Notes: generated by a model from the sequence alone, not told the origin. A stretch of DNA of 64,000 nucleotides from Lama guanicoe (GCA_013239625.1 MU054220.1:6432626-6496625), one strand, 5' to 3'. Numbered from the stretch's first letter, positions 36,657 through 50,315 are shown. Numbers and translations are program-made.

Positions 36657-39600
36657 GATGGCAATTACACCAGTGATTTTATCCTTTAACTTAAAAAAAA
36701 AAAGGTGAAAATATTTACTGAAGTGTGCTTTTATTCCGATGCTTTCTCTTTCAGCTTAAACAAGATATTGCATGTGGGAACTGTGAAAAGGAGGGGAATG
36801 ACTAGGTAATTCTAAAGAGGGATGTTTTTGTTTCCTCCTTTTATGGTGAGTGGCTTTGAAAGTGCCTGTGTATCAGGATATTAAAGAATCACTGAATCAT
36901 GAGCTAAAGGATAATTTTACATAAGAAGGTCAGAGATGTTTAGGAAACACAGTAAGCAGAATATGAAAGGAATCTGACATCAACTTTGATGGTTAAAAGT
37001 AGGCACTTTCTGAGGCTAGCATAGAGCCATCATTTTTGGCAGAATATGCTTTTATTTTCTGAAAACATGGACAGATCTGTTTTGTTCTTTCACAAGACCC
37101 ATTGTTAAACGCATCCAGTGTTGTATATGAGAAAAACCGAGATAGTTAGCTGTGTATATAATAAAAAATAGCATCAAATAAATATAATGAATTGATATTT
37201 TACAAATATATAGTAATAGCTACACAGTGGCCTATGATATACTAGATATAGCTTGTTCTCATGATTAGAATTGGCATGCTACATAGTAGCAGCTTGCCCC
37301 AACACTTCATCTATGAAATAGGACTAAGATTAAATTGCTACCTCCCAATATGATTTGTAAGCTCAAGAATAAAGTGATAAAGAGATAGATGCTAGAGAGA
37401 GATCCTTAACACCTTGTACATAATCAAAACTATTACTTACATGGTGCTAAATAACTGGTAATTGGAATTATTTTCCTTGATTCTTCACTCTATACCTGAC
37501 CAATAAGTGCACAAGGTATCAGTTCTTAACACATGAGATATCTGATCCTTCAGATTTGTCTGCATTTTATAGGTGCCGTGTATCTCTCGCATTCCTTCGA
37601 CTTTCCTCTGCAGCTGGCTCAGCTGACCCAGTGCATACCTAAAGAATAAAGGAGTGTGATTCATGAAAAATTGCAAAAGAAAGAGGAAAATACATAGAGG
37701 AAAAACTAGAATATGGCAGAAAGGGCATGAGAAATTTAGACTCAGCCTAAAAAAGTGGTTGTACTCTGGAGATAGTAATTCAATATATAAGGTTATAGGT
37801 ATGTCTAAGAAAAAGATCAAAACTGGAAAATCAAAGTGGTGTCCTTATTTTGATTCTAGTGCTGTATCGACCTGAAATTGTCGTACACTTTAATGGAATG
37901 GCTTGAAAAAGGCAAAATACTACATCTTAGAGAGTTAAATCAGAATGGCTTCTCCCTAGAAGGATTCTGGAAAGGAGAAGTGACTATGCTTAGGACTGGA
38001 CATTTCATGAGAAAGTTAGCCAAAGAAAATGATAACATTGAGGCACATTTAAACAACTCTTTGCTCATTAGCCAAATGTGGGCACTGACGGAGCAGAGCC
38101 AAAACAGGAGTTTGTTAGGGGTGTTAATCTGGAATATTTGGGGAATTCCTACTATAAGGGAAGAAGCTCACTTGCTCTCTCTCTGACTGTGGCCACACTG
38201 AGTGCATCTCAGGAAACAGGGACCATTTCTTCCTTTGGGAAGTTCCTCTCTACAGACCAGATAGAAGGAAGGAAGGAGAGAGGAACAAAGTTGGGATCAA
38301 ATACAACTGAGTTCTGCCCAAAGGAAAGTGATACCAATAAAGCCTTCCTGAAACATCTAGTCGATCATCATTTCCATCGTCATGATCATCCTCTAGAGCG
38401 ATAAAGCAGGTGTTGGCAAAATGTTTGAGCTCCCCAAAACTACTCAGTTTTTATGTCCTACCCTTCACACCCTCTAACCCTTCCATCATTTCTTGTCCTC
38501 AGATTCCTGACTCCCCACTGGTTTGTCAATAATCCCTGTATGCTCTGCCTCTCTTGCTTCCCCACTGTTCTCTCACAGACATCGACTTTTCATCTGGCCA
38601 CACACCTAGATTCAATCTTTCTTTACTCATAGTTTTCAAACTCGGCGTGATGCATGATTATATTTAAGAACAGCCCTTGCTGGAATGTATTACTGCTTCT
38701 AAAGGATGAATCAGTCATTCTGGGGAACATCTCTTGGAAGATCTGAATAGCAGGGTATGGGGGATTTTAGACAAGCGTCTATTTCTCCTAGGTAGCTGCA
38801 GAAATCTACTATAACTAAATAGATATTTGAATAATGCTTTGCTTTGGGAAAAACTGATTCTCCTCTGTACTTTTCATTTTAAAGAGACACCACTCAACAC
38901 TATCACTGCTATAAGATAACTGGGATAACCACTAACCCCATTTAGTAACTGAGGAAAATGAGCTATACAAAAGTTAAATTAGCATAGCTTGGAAAACAAG
39001 GTCCTTACACAACCTGGACAAAGACCTAGTTCTTAGGACCACTAGTTCTTGGTTCTCTACAGCAGCATAATGGCTTCTTTAAGCTTTCCTGCCAATAGTT
39101 ATGGAACAAAGGCAGTGGATCCCAATGCATACATCTTTGAGACTGTTTCTAATTTAAAGAGAATAAAGGTCCATGTTTTACTGTGGTTTCTCAAAGACTG
39201 GAGCATTTTTTGGTATGCCTCCCTCCAGCCAGTTTAATGAACGGGCTTCCCTGAAACAATTGCACCACGCATAGCCTGCAGATTCCTTACGCTGTCTGCC
39301 ATAAAATCAGGACGCTCTCCATCCCAGTAACTCAGCAAGGAGATCCTGCTCCCCACTAGCATCAATTAAGAATCCGCTTATCCAAAACGGTGACTTGGAG
39401 AAGTCCTTTCTGGCTTCCGATGCTCGTTTTCTCCAGAGCTGAAAAGAGAGTCTTGCTTAGTGCAGATTCTCGTGTATATAAAACCAGAGTGCTTTTAAAA
39501 AACAGTCTTTCATTACATAATTAGAATAATGGCCTCTTTCTCTTCGCTGCTTTCCTTAAATATTTACCAGGAAGAAACCTCCCCCTCAGGAACCTGTGGT

Positions 39601-40164
39601 TTTTCCAGGCTGTGTTTCTAATTCGATGGGTCTTTCTCACAGTCTGGTCTACTCATGCCGTTTATCATCGTGATGGGGGCTCTCTGCATTTCTCTGATTT
39701 CTTTATGTTCTCCCCAAAGCATGGCATCGAGGATTAGATGCGGTAATGCTTAGGGATAGCTGCAGTTACCTAAGACATCCTCAGGCAACCAGAGCTAATT
39801 TAGCCTAATAGCCTGCAAATCTCATGATATGTAAAAACCCAAAGTTTTCCATTTTTCTTTTTTTTTCTGTGCCAACACAAGACTGATTTCAAGGACAGGC
39901 TTTGGAAGTAATGCAAATGTTTATAGTCTTAAGTTTTGACACTTGAGTTTTTAAAAATAATTACCTGTGCTTTGTTAACTTAAAAGGTTCATCATTTCCC
40001 ATGGACACACTTTGAATGGTCAGAACAGACAGAACTGTGTGAGGTTCTGAGGTTTCAAAACTTATTAAAAAGATGCCAGCAACTAGGATTGTGCCTCACC
40101 GTCATCAATTCATAGAGCTGTTTGGATGGGTGGATGAACAGAAGAATCGAAGCGTAATTTTTCA

Positions 40165-40640
40165 TACATTCACGTAATCAACAAATATTGAGAGCCCATT
40201 CTATGCAAGATACTTTTCTAGGCACTGGGGAGATAGCCAGGTATAAAACACACAAAAATTTCTGATCTGGAAGCTCATGTTCAAGTAGGATGAAAAAGAA
40301 AAACAAACAAAAAAAAGAATGTGCTAGGTTAATTATATTAAAAATAAGAGAAATAACAAAATAGAGACAACAGAATGGAGTATGTGTATACAATTTGAAG
40401 TAGGATGGCCAGAGCGAGTCTCAGTAAGAGGGTGGCATTGGAAGCAAGTGGGAAAGGGAGCCCTGTGTCTACCTGGGAGGAGAGATTCCAAGTAGAGGGA
40501 CTAGCCGGGTCATTGGCCTGGAGCTGATATTACAGCAGCAAAGCGATTGTGGTTGGAAAGGCATGAACATGAGAAGAGGGGGAGAAATGAAGAGTAGGGG
40601 TGAATCTTTGTTGCTTTAAGTGAAATAAGGAAATATTGGA
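40165..40640 (-). mobile_element. L2 3' fragment
   Basis: tcaacaaatattgagagcccattctatgcaagatacttttctaggcactggggagatag. Confidence 0.75.
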
Positions 40641-41046
40641 GGGTAGTTATGGACAAGGAATCCTTTTCTGGGGCGGTCCACCAGTTTGGGGGAGACATGA
40701 CCTCTCCAGGCATAAACATATATAATATGGGGAAGAGATATTCTGAACCCTCCAATTCTGTCCATGGAAGCAACCTTATAGGTTGAGATTATGCAGTGTA
40801 AATCTCCTAGTGTTAGGTAAGGAAATGGTTCAAGGAAAATTTATGATTTGTGCAAGATCACATAGTTGAGTGCTAATTGTTTTGTTTGTTTTCACACCCC
40901 ATATATTTATATTTTATGTGACTGTTATAAAGAGGCATGGAGGGTGAGAAAGACCTGGGTGTCTGTTTCATCAAGGCTAAATTTTGGAGGCATGACACAT
41001 TTATTTCATATCTATATTCTAACCCAGACCCAAAAGGGAGACATTA

Positions 41047-41130
41047 AAATAAAGATTATTTATTTATTTTTCTTAAACTAAATAAAGATTATTTATTTAT
41101 TTTTATTAAACTAAATAAAGATTATTTATT
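41047..41130. repeat. 33-bp AT-rich minisatellite, about 2.5 copies
   Basis: AAATAAAGATTATTTATT begins at 41047, 41080 and 41113. Confidence 0.9.
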
Positions 41131-41899
41131 GACTTACAGTGTTGCATTAGTTTCAACTTTAACAAAAAAATAAACTTTAAAAGAGACGATTAATTCATGG
41201 TCTCTTAAGCAAAGCAGGCTCTATGCTCAGTGGCTGAAGCTTGGGTAGCTGTTACAGCGCAATTTCTAAATCCTGATCTGTAACTTACTAGTGTATATCT
41301 AAAGCAGGTGGCTTGACCTCTCCAGGGCTGTCTTTCCTCATCTGTAAAATAGAAGTATTAACAGTTAACTACTTCATAGTTCTCGTGAAGTTAAAATAAA
41401 TCAGTGTTCAAGATCTTATCAAATTTTTGATATAGTATTTTAACTATCACTAAATATAGGCCAATTAAATAGACATTTGTTGACACCTATATATTTCAGG
41501 CACTGGGACACTAACATTAAATAGACATCATCCCCACCCTCAGAGAAGCCCAACTGGTAGAAGAGATGTCATCAGCTCAGTGTTGTAATAAATGGTAATA
41601 AAAAGCTACATAAAATCCAGTGGGAATGCAGAGAGAGATCCCTACGATGTATATTAATGCATCTAATACATTGTTTAAAATAAAGTAGAGATTTGAAAAT
41701 GAGAGTAGTAGCGAAGTAGTGGAGTGTGTAAATTTGTTGGTAAGAAATGGACAGTTATTTTTTGAGAAAGTGACAGTTGAACTGAGATGAGTGGCTGGTG
41801 CTATTTATAATTCGGAGTTTAGGAGGGGTATTTGAGGTGAGGAAGAGCATAGCAAAGAAACAGAGGTAAGAAAATTAAAGTCTTAAAAAGAACACAACA

Positions 41900-42052
41900 C
41901 TAGTTTAAATTTCCAATATTGCAAATTTCTACATCTCACCCCAAATATGCTGACTCAATTGGTCTGAGCTGGGATAAAAGAATTCACATTTTTAATAAAA
42001 CATCACTGTGCTTGACACTGGTGATCCATGTCATACCATTTGGAGAAAACTA
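41900..42052. mobile_element. MER5-family MITE remnant
   Basis: caccccaaatatgctgactcaattggtctgagctggg...cacatttttaataa...ggtgatccatgtcataccatttggagaaa. Confidence 0.5.
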
Positions 42053-42411
42053 AATTAAACTCTAGATTTTTTAAAGAGATTTCTTTTGAAAACCGAATTG
42101 TGAAGACAGCTTGGGTTCGATTCATGTAAAGCTTTCTAGCAGCTTTAACCAAAAGTTAATATTTAGGTAATTAACATTTTTTTAAAAGACAGTGAAGTGA
42201 TAAACAGGAGAGGAAAAAAATGTTGAAAGCAGTGTTGACACTCTACTAGAATGTAGGAATTTTTAAAAACTCACAGTGAATCAAGGCTAACACCTTCCCT
42301 TCACACCATCAACGTTCCTCCAAATGGTACTGCTCCTCTGAGAAACTGGTGGTGCTTTTGTTTCTTATGGGAAGATGCTCTGTGTCTCAGAGCCTGATGT
42401 GTCATGTGGCA

Positions 42412-42425
42412 GTTGCTACGGTAAC
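42412..42425. promoter_or_regulatory. Candidate RFX X-box
   Basis: GTTGCTACGGTAAC differs by one base from GTTGCYATGGYAAC. Confidence 0.55.
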
Positions 42426-44934
42426 TAGTTTGAGGAATGTCATCGAGCTACCAAGTAAATAGTCTTATAAGGCAGAGATTGTAGCTGACATGTAAATTAA
42501 GACTGCCCTGTCTCTCAGCTTTTCTAGTCTGAATTCCCTTGCTTTCCATATTTAAGAGAGAACTCCTTTCCCTTGCAAAAAACCTCTCCCTTTCTTAACT
42601 AACAGAGCATCATTTGAATGCACAGTTGACATCCCCCCGTTTCTTATTTTAGTTTTCCAGACCTGGGCCCTGATTCCCCGATACTGCTGTAAGCTGGCAA
42701 TAATAGGTAATTGAGTTAGCACCCATGAGCCAAATAAAAATTATTTTTGGTGGTCAAGATGAGCAAATAGGATTTCCTGCTCTCCAAAGCATGTATAGAC
42801 CAGTCTTCTCCATGCTTTATGCTGCTGATCTCTGTAAATTCCACTTAAGTATTTATCAGAACATTTGAGTAAACTCTAAACTGCTCGTTATTAATTGTCT
42901 TGATCCTACCTCCTGAAGTTCTCTTGGTTCACCTTGGGGTGTACGTGCGTAACCCTCTTTCTGAGCGAGGACTTTAATTTTATAACTGAATGGCCACAGT
43001 TACCGCTTTACTCCCCAAGTACAAAGCATATATAGGTCACCTTTTATTTACTAAAATCCTGCTTGTGTCTCAAGTACTTCACAAAAATGTTAATATCAAA
43101 ATTACTTTTATTTAGCTTCCGTGTGCAGCTAGGTTGCCATGATTCATTTTGGAAGAATGTGAGATTTATGTCAACTGCTCCTTCTTCTACATTCTTTAAT
43201 TTCTATTTGTAAATCAGGTCATCCCTTTAGAAAACAGTGTGTGTTTGCCTTTTTCATAGAAATATTTTCACAGTCCTACTGTAACGTTTAACATTTTTCT
43301 TTTTGTCAAATGTCACTATAAGGAACAAACACACAAAGACCAAATTGTATCTTCAAAAAACTATCACATATTCAAACCAAGATACACGTTTCCTCTATGT
43401 AAAAACCTATGAAATGGTTCTTTGAACTTTAATGACTGGAATAAACTTAGCAGTATATAAATGTGGGCTTTCTTTTTGCATTAGTTCATGAGAGCTTTAT
43501 AAATTTCACAGGTCCTTTTTCTCTTTTGTTTTTATTGTTTGTTTTTGGTTTTTGGGTTTTTTTGTTTGTTTTCTTTTGTCTGTTCATGGTTATTGGGAAG
43601 TTAACAGCTAAGGTCTATAATCAGTGCCAGAGATTGTCTCAAACTCCTTTTTTCATGATTTGGGATAGTCATTTCACCTCTGTCAGTTAAAATTTTGTTT
43701 TTCTGTGGGATGTAGAGATTCAAGAAGTGGTTAAACAAAAAGCAGCCACACTCTCCTTAAAGAGGCACCCGGAGGGGGCCATTCAGGCTGGCGCTGCCCC
43801 TTGATGCCGTCAGCGGCTCAGGCCCTTCCTGTCCACCTTCTCTGAGATTCTTAGTTCAGGGCTTTCTTACCTGAGATCGCCCCATGGTTAGCGGACGGAA
43901 CGTAAGCCTCCGGCTGGCCTGTCTGTGTTTCACAAGGATGGTGGTAGAAAGGTGAGAGGTAAAAGTCCCCATTATTAAAAGTGCTTCCCCAGAATTTTCA
44001 TCCAGAAAAGTCCAGTTCTGTTCCCTTGGATAGAGCTTAAGAAAATAGCCGCTTCTCCAGGTATGGGGTCCTGGGAAGTGGAGCCAGGCATGTTGCCCCA
44101 CACCAATTCTAGATTCCACGAGGAAGACGGAAGAGGGAAATGGTCATAGGACGGGCAACTGGAATACCTACCTCGTCGCCCTTCCTTCCTTGCCTCGTAT
44201 TTTTTCATTTTAATTTCACTAGTTTTAAATTTGTCCTTTCATTTTATTTTCCTTAAATCTGTTTTTGAAGCAGGTGGTATCTAAAAAAAAAAAACCCTAA
44301 TAATTTACTAAATAGTCGCACTAATAGCTCAGGGATGCTAAAGCACTATGCTGCATGTATCACCTGCATGTTCTCAGGTAGTCATTTTAGAAGCATGATG
44401 AGCTGGTTCTATCTTTATCTTCATTCTACCAGTGAATTCATTGCTACGTAAGAGAGTTTAGGTACCTTACTGAGGTCACCCGACTAACACATGAGAAATA
44501 TGGATTTCTAACTCATATTTCTTCATTGACAGGCTCTTATGTTCATCAGGTTAAACATTCTCCCATCTGCATATGAATGAGTTGATCCATATCTGCTTAC
44601 ATCCTTAGATGCGGGGAGGAAATGTTTTCCCCTCCAACTGTGGCTGAGCAAGACAAAAACTTTTCAGCATTTCTTCAGCTTTTCTCTCACGTTTTCTACC
44701 TGTACCTTCATTTCGTGTGAAAACCTCAAGCCCTTGACATCTGGGGGAAGGTAGCCCGAACTGGAGGTATCATACTATCATTTAGCATATTTGGATCAAT
44801 GCCTGTAAACCCATCATGTGTGTAATTGTTCAATATCTAACCTTCTGCCATATTGGATTCCCTCAGAGAGCAGTGATGGTGTTCGTGCTTGTCACAGATT
44901 TGGATTCCATTCTAGGTCCATAACTAGTGTTTGT

Positions 44935-45355
44935 TTTATACTTTCATTCACTCAGCATATTGTTACTGAACAGCTCGTAGGCTTCCAGCATTATCCTGGA
45001 CGCTGTGAACAAAGTCTTTACACAGAGTCTCCTAGGAGGGAACCAAGTCTTTATCCTCATGAAGCTTATGGTCTGCTGTGTGGATGGGTGAAACGTAGGC
45101 TAAAAAATAGATGTGTAACATGTCAGACGGTTACGATGATAAGGAGAAAAGAAGTGAAGGGGAAAGAGAGGAAGTGTTGGGAGGAGATGGCTAAGTTTTC
45201 TCATTGTTAAGGTGACATTTGATGATAGACCACAAGGACGTAAAGGAGCAAGCTGTGTAGCTCTCTGAGAATAACATTCCAAGAAAAGGGAGCGGGAACT
45301 GTAAATGCCCCTTGGGGAGAGTATGGTGTGAGAGTGTTCAAGGAACAGCAGATAC
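44935..45355 (-). mobile_element. L2 3' fragment
   Basis: ttcattcactcagcatattgttactgaac...cctcatgaagcttatggtct...aaggtgacatttga. Confidence 0.65.
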
Positions 45356-46204
45356 AGAGAATATTGTCAAAACCCCATCGATAAGCCCAGGTAGCAAGTG
45401 TGAAGCTTTAAAGGATAAGGGGGAAAAAAAACCAAAACCCAGTTGTGAGGTTATTATTTCTAATTCCAGTCTTCACATAGACTCCAAATCTTATCTTAGA
45501 AATAATGTAAATGATGCAAAAGATAGAAGCAAATGAAAAAACCAAAAAACAGTGCCTAGAAATCTACCTTTCAGTCTCATGTCCTCAGGCAACCACTACC
45601 TTCCTCACTGGAAGGATCACTTTTGGCAAAGAAGGGGAGACTTTCCTCCATGAGTGGCATAGCAGATGAGAATCGCCATGTTAGGGGCTTTGTATGGAAT
45701 CATTATCTCAAAAAAAAAAAAAAAAACGAAAAAACAAAAAACCTTTCAACAAACCTGCAAGCTAAGGTAGTTTCCTCTCTTTTTTACATTTGGGTTCAGG
45801 AAAACTCTTGCTCAAGGTCATGAGAAAATATTAGCTAGCAACATAAAAATGTCAAAAGTACAACATTTTGAAAATTAAATGTTCTCCAAATTTAAGACAG
45901 TGTTATATAGGGGAATTTTCAGGGAAAAAAAATAATTTAAGACATAAAACATAGAGGTTATTTTCTGTGGCTGTTACTTTCACAGTTACGGATAGCCAAT
46001 TTTTTAAGAAAAACATGGGAAAATATAGATAGTATGGAAATATGGAACAGAGAGAAGAAATGCGACTGAAAATTAAAATGATAAAGAATGTCAAGATGGG
46101 GGTCATAATGGACTCATCAAATCTACGCCATAGAGTTGAGTATGATATAACAAAGTCACCACTGTATTAATGCACGCATTGATCCAGTTGTATCTGTGGG
46201 ATCT

Positions 46205-46605
46205 TATCATTCAATATGTGTCTATCGAGCACCGACTATGTATCGGGCAGTTTGCTGAGAGCTGGGGATGCACAGTGCATACAGCAGATGAGGTTCCTGG
46301 GCTTGTGGGGCACACATTCAGGAAGAGAACTGAATCGCAAGCAGAGAACTTGATATTGTTAGACATCAGTTCTCTATTTAAAAGAAGTAAGCTGAATGGA
46401 TAGAGATGGATGAGAGTGTTTTTATTTTTTTTGTTTTGGTTTTTAATAGAGTAGCCAGAATACACTTTACTGAGGAAGTGACCTTTAAGCAGAGACCTGA
46501 GGAAATGTAAGGGCAAATAATGTGATGATCAGGAGGAGACGGCTCACGCAGGGAGCACAGCCATCACGTAGGTCTCGAGTCTGGGGTGTGTTTGATGTGA
46601 CACGT
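46205..46605 (-). mobile_element. L2 3' fragment
   Basis: tcattcaatatgtgtctatcgagcaccgactatgtatcgggc...ctgaggaagtgacctttaagcagagacctga. Confidence 0.7.
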
Positions 46606-48638
46606 GTTTGGAAAGGTTAGAGTCCAATGAATCAACCTTTTTTTCTTTAACATTAAAAATCTCTGGAAAAAAAATGTTTTTGAGAAGGTCTAAATCCTGG
46701 AGAAAGAAATAAAATTAGGTCTGTAATTTTAGGTCTGGTGTAGTTATAATTCCATAATCTGCTAAGAGTTTATTTTCCTGCCTTTTATTAAGGTTTGTCA
46801 TTTCTGTAACCATTTTTTTTTCTATGTGAATACATTCTTTCAAATATCTATTAGATGTCTGTCTACTGTTTAAAAGGCACTGGCTATTTGCATATGTGTT
46901 ACTTTTTGTTTTTCAATAGTACCTACAACATGCATTCAGCTCTCAAGGGGGTTGAATGAAAAAAGTAAACGATTCCATCTGGATATTTAAGCAACTCCAC
47001 TGGGAGGCAGAACATTTACACATATAACTGCCATATAAGAGACACATGATGTGAATCATCCAAGTAAGGATGTTACCAGTTTAGGCTCCGGTTATACCAA
47101 ATTCTTCCTGGGAGAAAAGCGATTTAAGCTTTTGTCTATGTTGCCTGCATTCCTACTGTTTTTTCAATCTTGTAACACAATTTGTAATCAATTTTCCAGA
47201 CACATTGGTTGGTAGATAGATGAGTGAGTGCTTTTTAAGAACTAAAATTTAAGGGGTGGAGGGAAGACTATGACAATTTCAACATGACAGTTTTCAAATT
47301 TATTATTTCTTAATTATACATGCTTTACTAAGTCACAATCTATAACCATTTAGCAAAATATAGAAATAAAATTTGACAGAATTTTTCCCCCTGTATCTGA
47401 AACTTCTGTCAGAATAATAAGAATATATGACAAATGAAATAAAGGAAAGCCTTTCTATATTTGCAAATCTGAATAGTCAAAGAATGAAACTTTGTATAGC
47501 ATATCAGTTGTGCCTATAAAAATAATACACAGTTACTGGAGATAAATTTAAAATACTGAGATATCTAAAAAAAGAAATTGTATTGCCCTTGTCAGTCCTG
47601 CGTTCCAGAAATAATCATTAACATTGCCATGCGTTTTCATCCAGGCTTTAATCCTTATGAAAATGCGTTTTACACCTGAGTCTTCTATAACTCAAACTGA
47701 ATGCAAAATTCTGTTTCCTAATGTTATTATTTAAATATAGGGCGTGCTGGTTTGCACAGTATTGCAGAATTTTCAGAACTAAAATTTTCAAATGGAAGTA
47801 ATGATTCAACTGCTAGTTACTATTAATATTTTCTATTTTTGGTATTATCATAAATAATGCTGTGTTAACAACATTTTTTCCCCTCTAAGGCCAGAATTCC
47901 ATGCTGTGTTTTCTATGATTTTTCCCTTGATTTTTCCAAATGAAAGGGGTTGCTCTTTCGCTTGAACGTGCTTGAATTAACTTCTTTAGGCTATTTGCAT
48001 GCGTGAATTGTCTCCTGTAGTAGGGTCTTTTTGTTTTCTTCGATTAACTGGTACCTTCTAAGTATTCTCTAAATATTTGTTAAACAAATGTTTAAAGAAA
48101 GAACTGTTAAGGAATATAATGATTTTTTTAAATTAGCTTTTATATCTAGAACTCATTGTCAATATAGTCACTTGCCCAGGAGATTATGTTTCCTTCAGGT
48201 TAAATGCAGAGTTGTTGAAATTCAATCATAAGCTCATTCAATGAAAGTTCTTACAATTGTCAAAAACATCAACTTAACTAAGCATTAGCCTTGGCAAAAT
48301 AAATTTGAACTGGCAGCCACTTCACAAAATTGCTAATTGTTCTTAGTTGACTGTATATCTTAGTGGGCATTTGAGCTTTCACAATGAAATGCATATACAT
48401 AGTCAATCTTAGTTTCTTCTAATATTATCTTAGCTCCCTGAATTACTCAAAAGTATAATACACAAGTCAAATATTTTATGTTTCATTTATTTAAAGTATA
48501 ACTTATACTAACCTATGTATCTATACTGTCTGTTGATAAATAATATATTTTTATTCATTATGCAGTTAACTAGTATTTCTGGAATGCATGTGGTGGCCTT
48601 GAACACAGGACTTTGGAAATATGGTTCCTGTCTTAAAG

Positions 48639-48867
48639 CGGTGATTCTCAGCCAGGGATGTTTAAGACCCCACCCCTCACCCTTCGGACATTTGATGATG
48701 TCTGGAGACATTTTTGGTTGTCATGTCTGGTGAAGGTTGGTAGCTACTAATGTTTAGTGGCTAGAGGTCAGGGATGCTGCTTCATATCCTGCAATTCATA
48801 GGGAAGCCCACACTATGAACAATCATCTGGCCTAATGCATCAGTACCACGGAGGCTGAGAAATCCTG
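48639..48867. mobile_element. Full-length MER20 hAT-Charlie MITE
   Basis: TIRs cggtgattctcagc and gctgagaaatcctg; diagnostic tgtctggagacatttttggttgtca and gaggtcagggatgctgct. 8-bp TSD TCTTAAAG (48631-48638) and TCTTAAAT (48868-48875). Confidence 0.92.
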
Positions 48868-48959
48868 TCTTAAATGATCTCATGATTTCAGAGTAGAAGG
48901 CAGGCGTATTGTTAATGGAATTGAGATTCTAACAAGTAACTTGTAACAAGGATTAGTAT

Positions 48960-49790
48960 TTCTGCCAGGGATACAAAGGGGGATGGTGTCATGTTTCCCT
49001 GTAAAAGACTGAAAGATTTGAGAAAGTGATGTTGAGCTGAGGAGGAGGAGGAGAGGGAACAAGGAGAAATCATTTCAGGAAGAGGAAATCTTTTGAGCAA
49101 AGTCACAGAAACATGACCCTACAAATAGCTTAATTAAACTGGAGTTCAAAGTTGTGGTGTGGAATAAGTCTGGACCTGCAGTCAGAGGTTCAGTTATGAA
49201 GACTTGGTTTTGCAGGCTGAAGTGTTTGGACTTTATTCTGTAGGCAAAGGAAATCCATTGAAAAGAACTGTGGGATTAAAAAATATGAATACGTTACTTT
49301 TTTCCGATGAAAGAAAATACTTCTGGCAGCCCAAAGAAAACTGGAGGAGAACAAGAACGATTAGAGGCATGGACGTCACTTTGGCTAATTATGAAATAGT
49401 GCACGTTGAAAGTCCTGAGAAGCTGCTCTGTCTCACTAGACGCTGCATTTGGTGGTTGCCTCTGTGAAATGGTGATGCTAAGACGGCTGGCTGGATTTGC
49501 TTCTCCATCAAATGTGGGGGTTGAGATATCAAATAGGAGTTTTCAAAAATGAGTTACTTGTAACATTGGAAGTAGACTAGTTTGTTCAGTGAGAACATCA
49601 GAAGAGGAGACTGATCTCTGAAAATATCGATATTTACCTGAAGTGGAGGAAAAGACATTAGCTTTTGTAAGTTATAATAGGTAGTCAAAGATATGGTAGG
49701 GGTGAGAGAGGTGGAGTAATGACATTTAAAGGGCATAAGAGACACCTGGCCATTACTTGAAATTAAGCTGATGCTGAAGGATTTCATTTC
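48960..49790 (-). mobile_element. Degraded L2 fragment
   Basis: gtgatgttgagctgagg...tttcaggaagaggaaa...tttggactttattctgtaggcaaaggaaatccattgaa. Confidence 0.6.
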
Positions 49791-50315
49791 CACTGCAAGT
49801 CAAATTATGAAAGAAGTATTTTTTGAAACACTTAGCCTGGGCAAAAATCAAGAAAGGGACTCCTTAGTTTCCAGAGTGAAGAAAAAATGTCAAGATCAGA
49901 TCAATAATCAGAGGCCCACATTTTCCAGCTATCAGACCTGGGAAACAGACTTTAAAGGCAGAATCCGATATTTTCATGCCCTCAGAGGAGCGCCCAGTGC
50001 ACAGGCTGCATACACAAGGAGACTGAATGCGTATTACCCACAGAAAGCTTCGAGGCAAGCAGGTATGCTACTGTGTCCTTGAAAGCAAAATTCTGACCAC
50101 TATCATTGAGTCATTTTTGAGAAACCTGCAATGGGAAACAGCTTTCAGCAAATTTGTGAGTTCCAAATTTATATTACTTACGTGATGTAAAAACAGAGGG
50201 TAGAGAAATTAACAAAATTCTAATGTAAACTCAGAAACCACAACAACAAGGAAGCAGTGGATATGAACTGGCATTCAGTGAGTGTTGCTACAAACCAGGG
50301 CTCCTGACACACCCC

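Noticed and set aside
41047..41130. CRISPR-like repeat array
   Set aside because: The units are contiguous with no unique spacers, and there are no cas genes. It is an ordinary minisatellite.
43765..43785. Additional CTCF-like matches (here, and near 5381 and 22090)
   Set aside because: Each has mismatches at high-information core positions.
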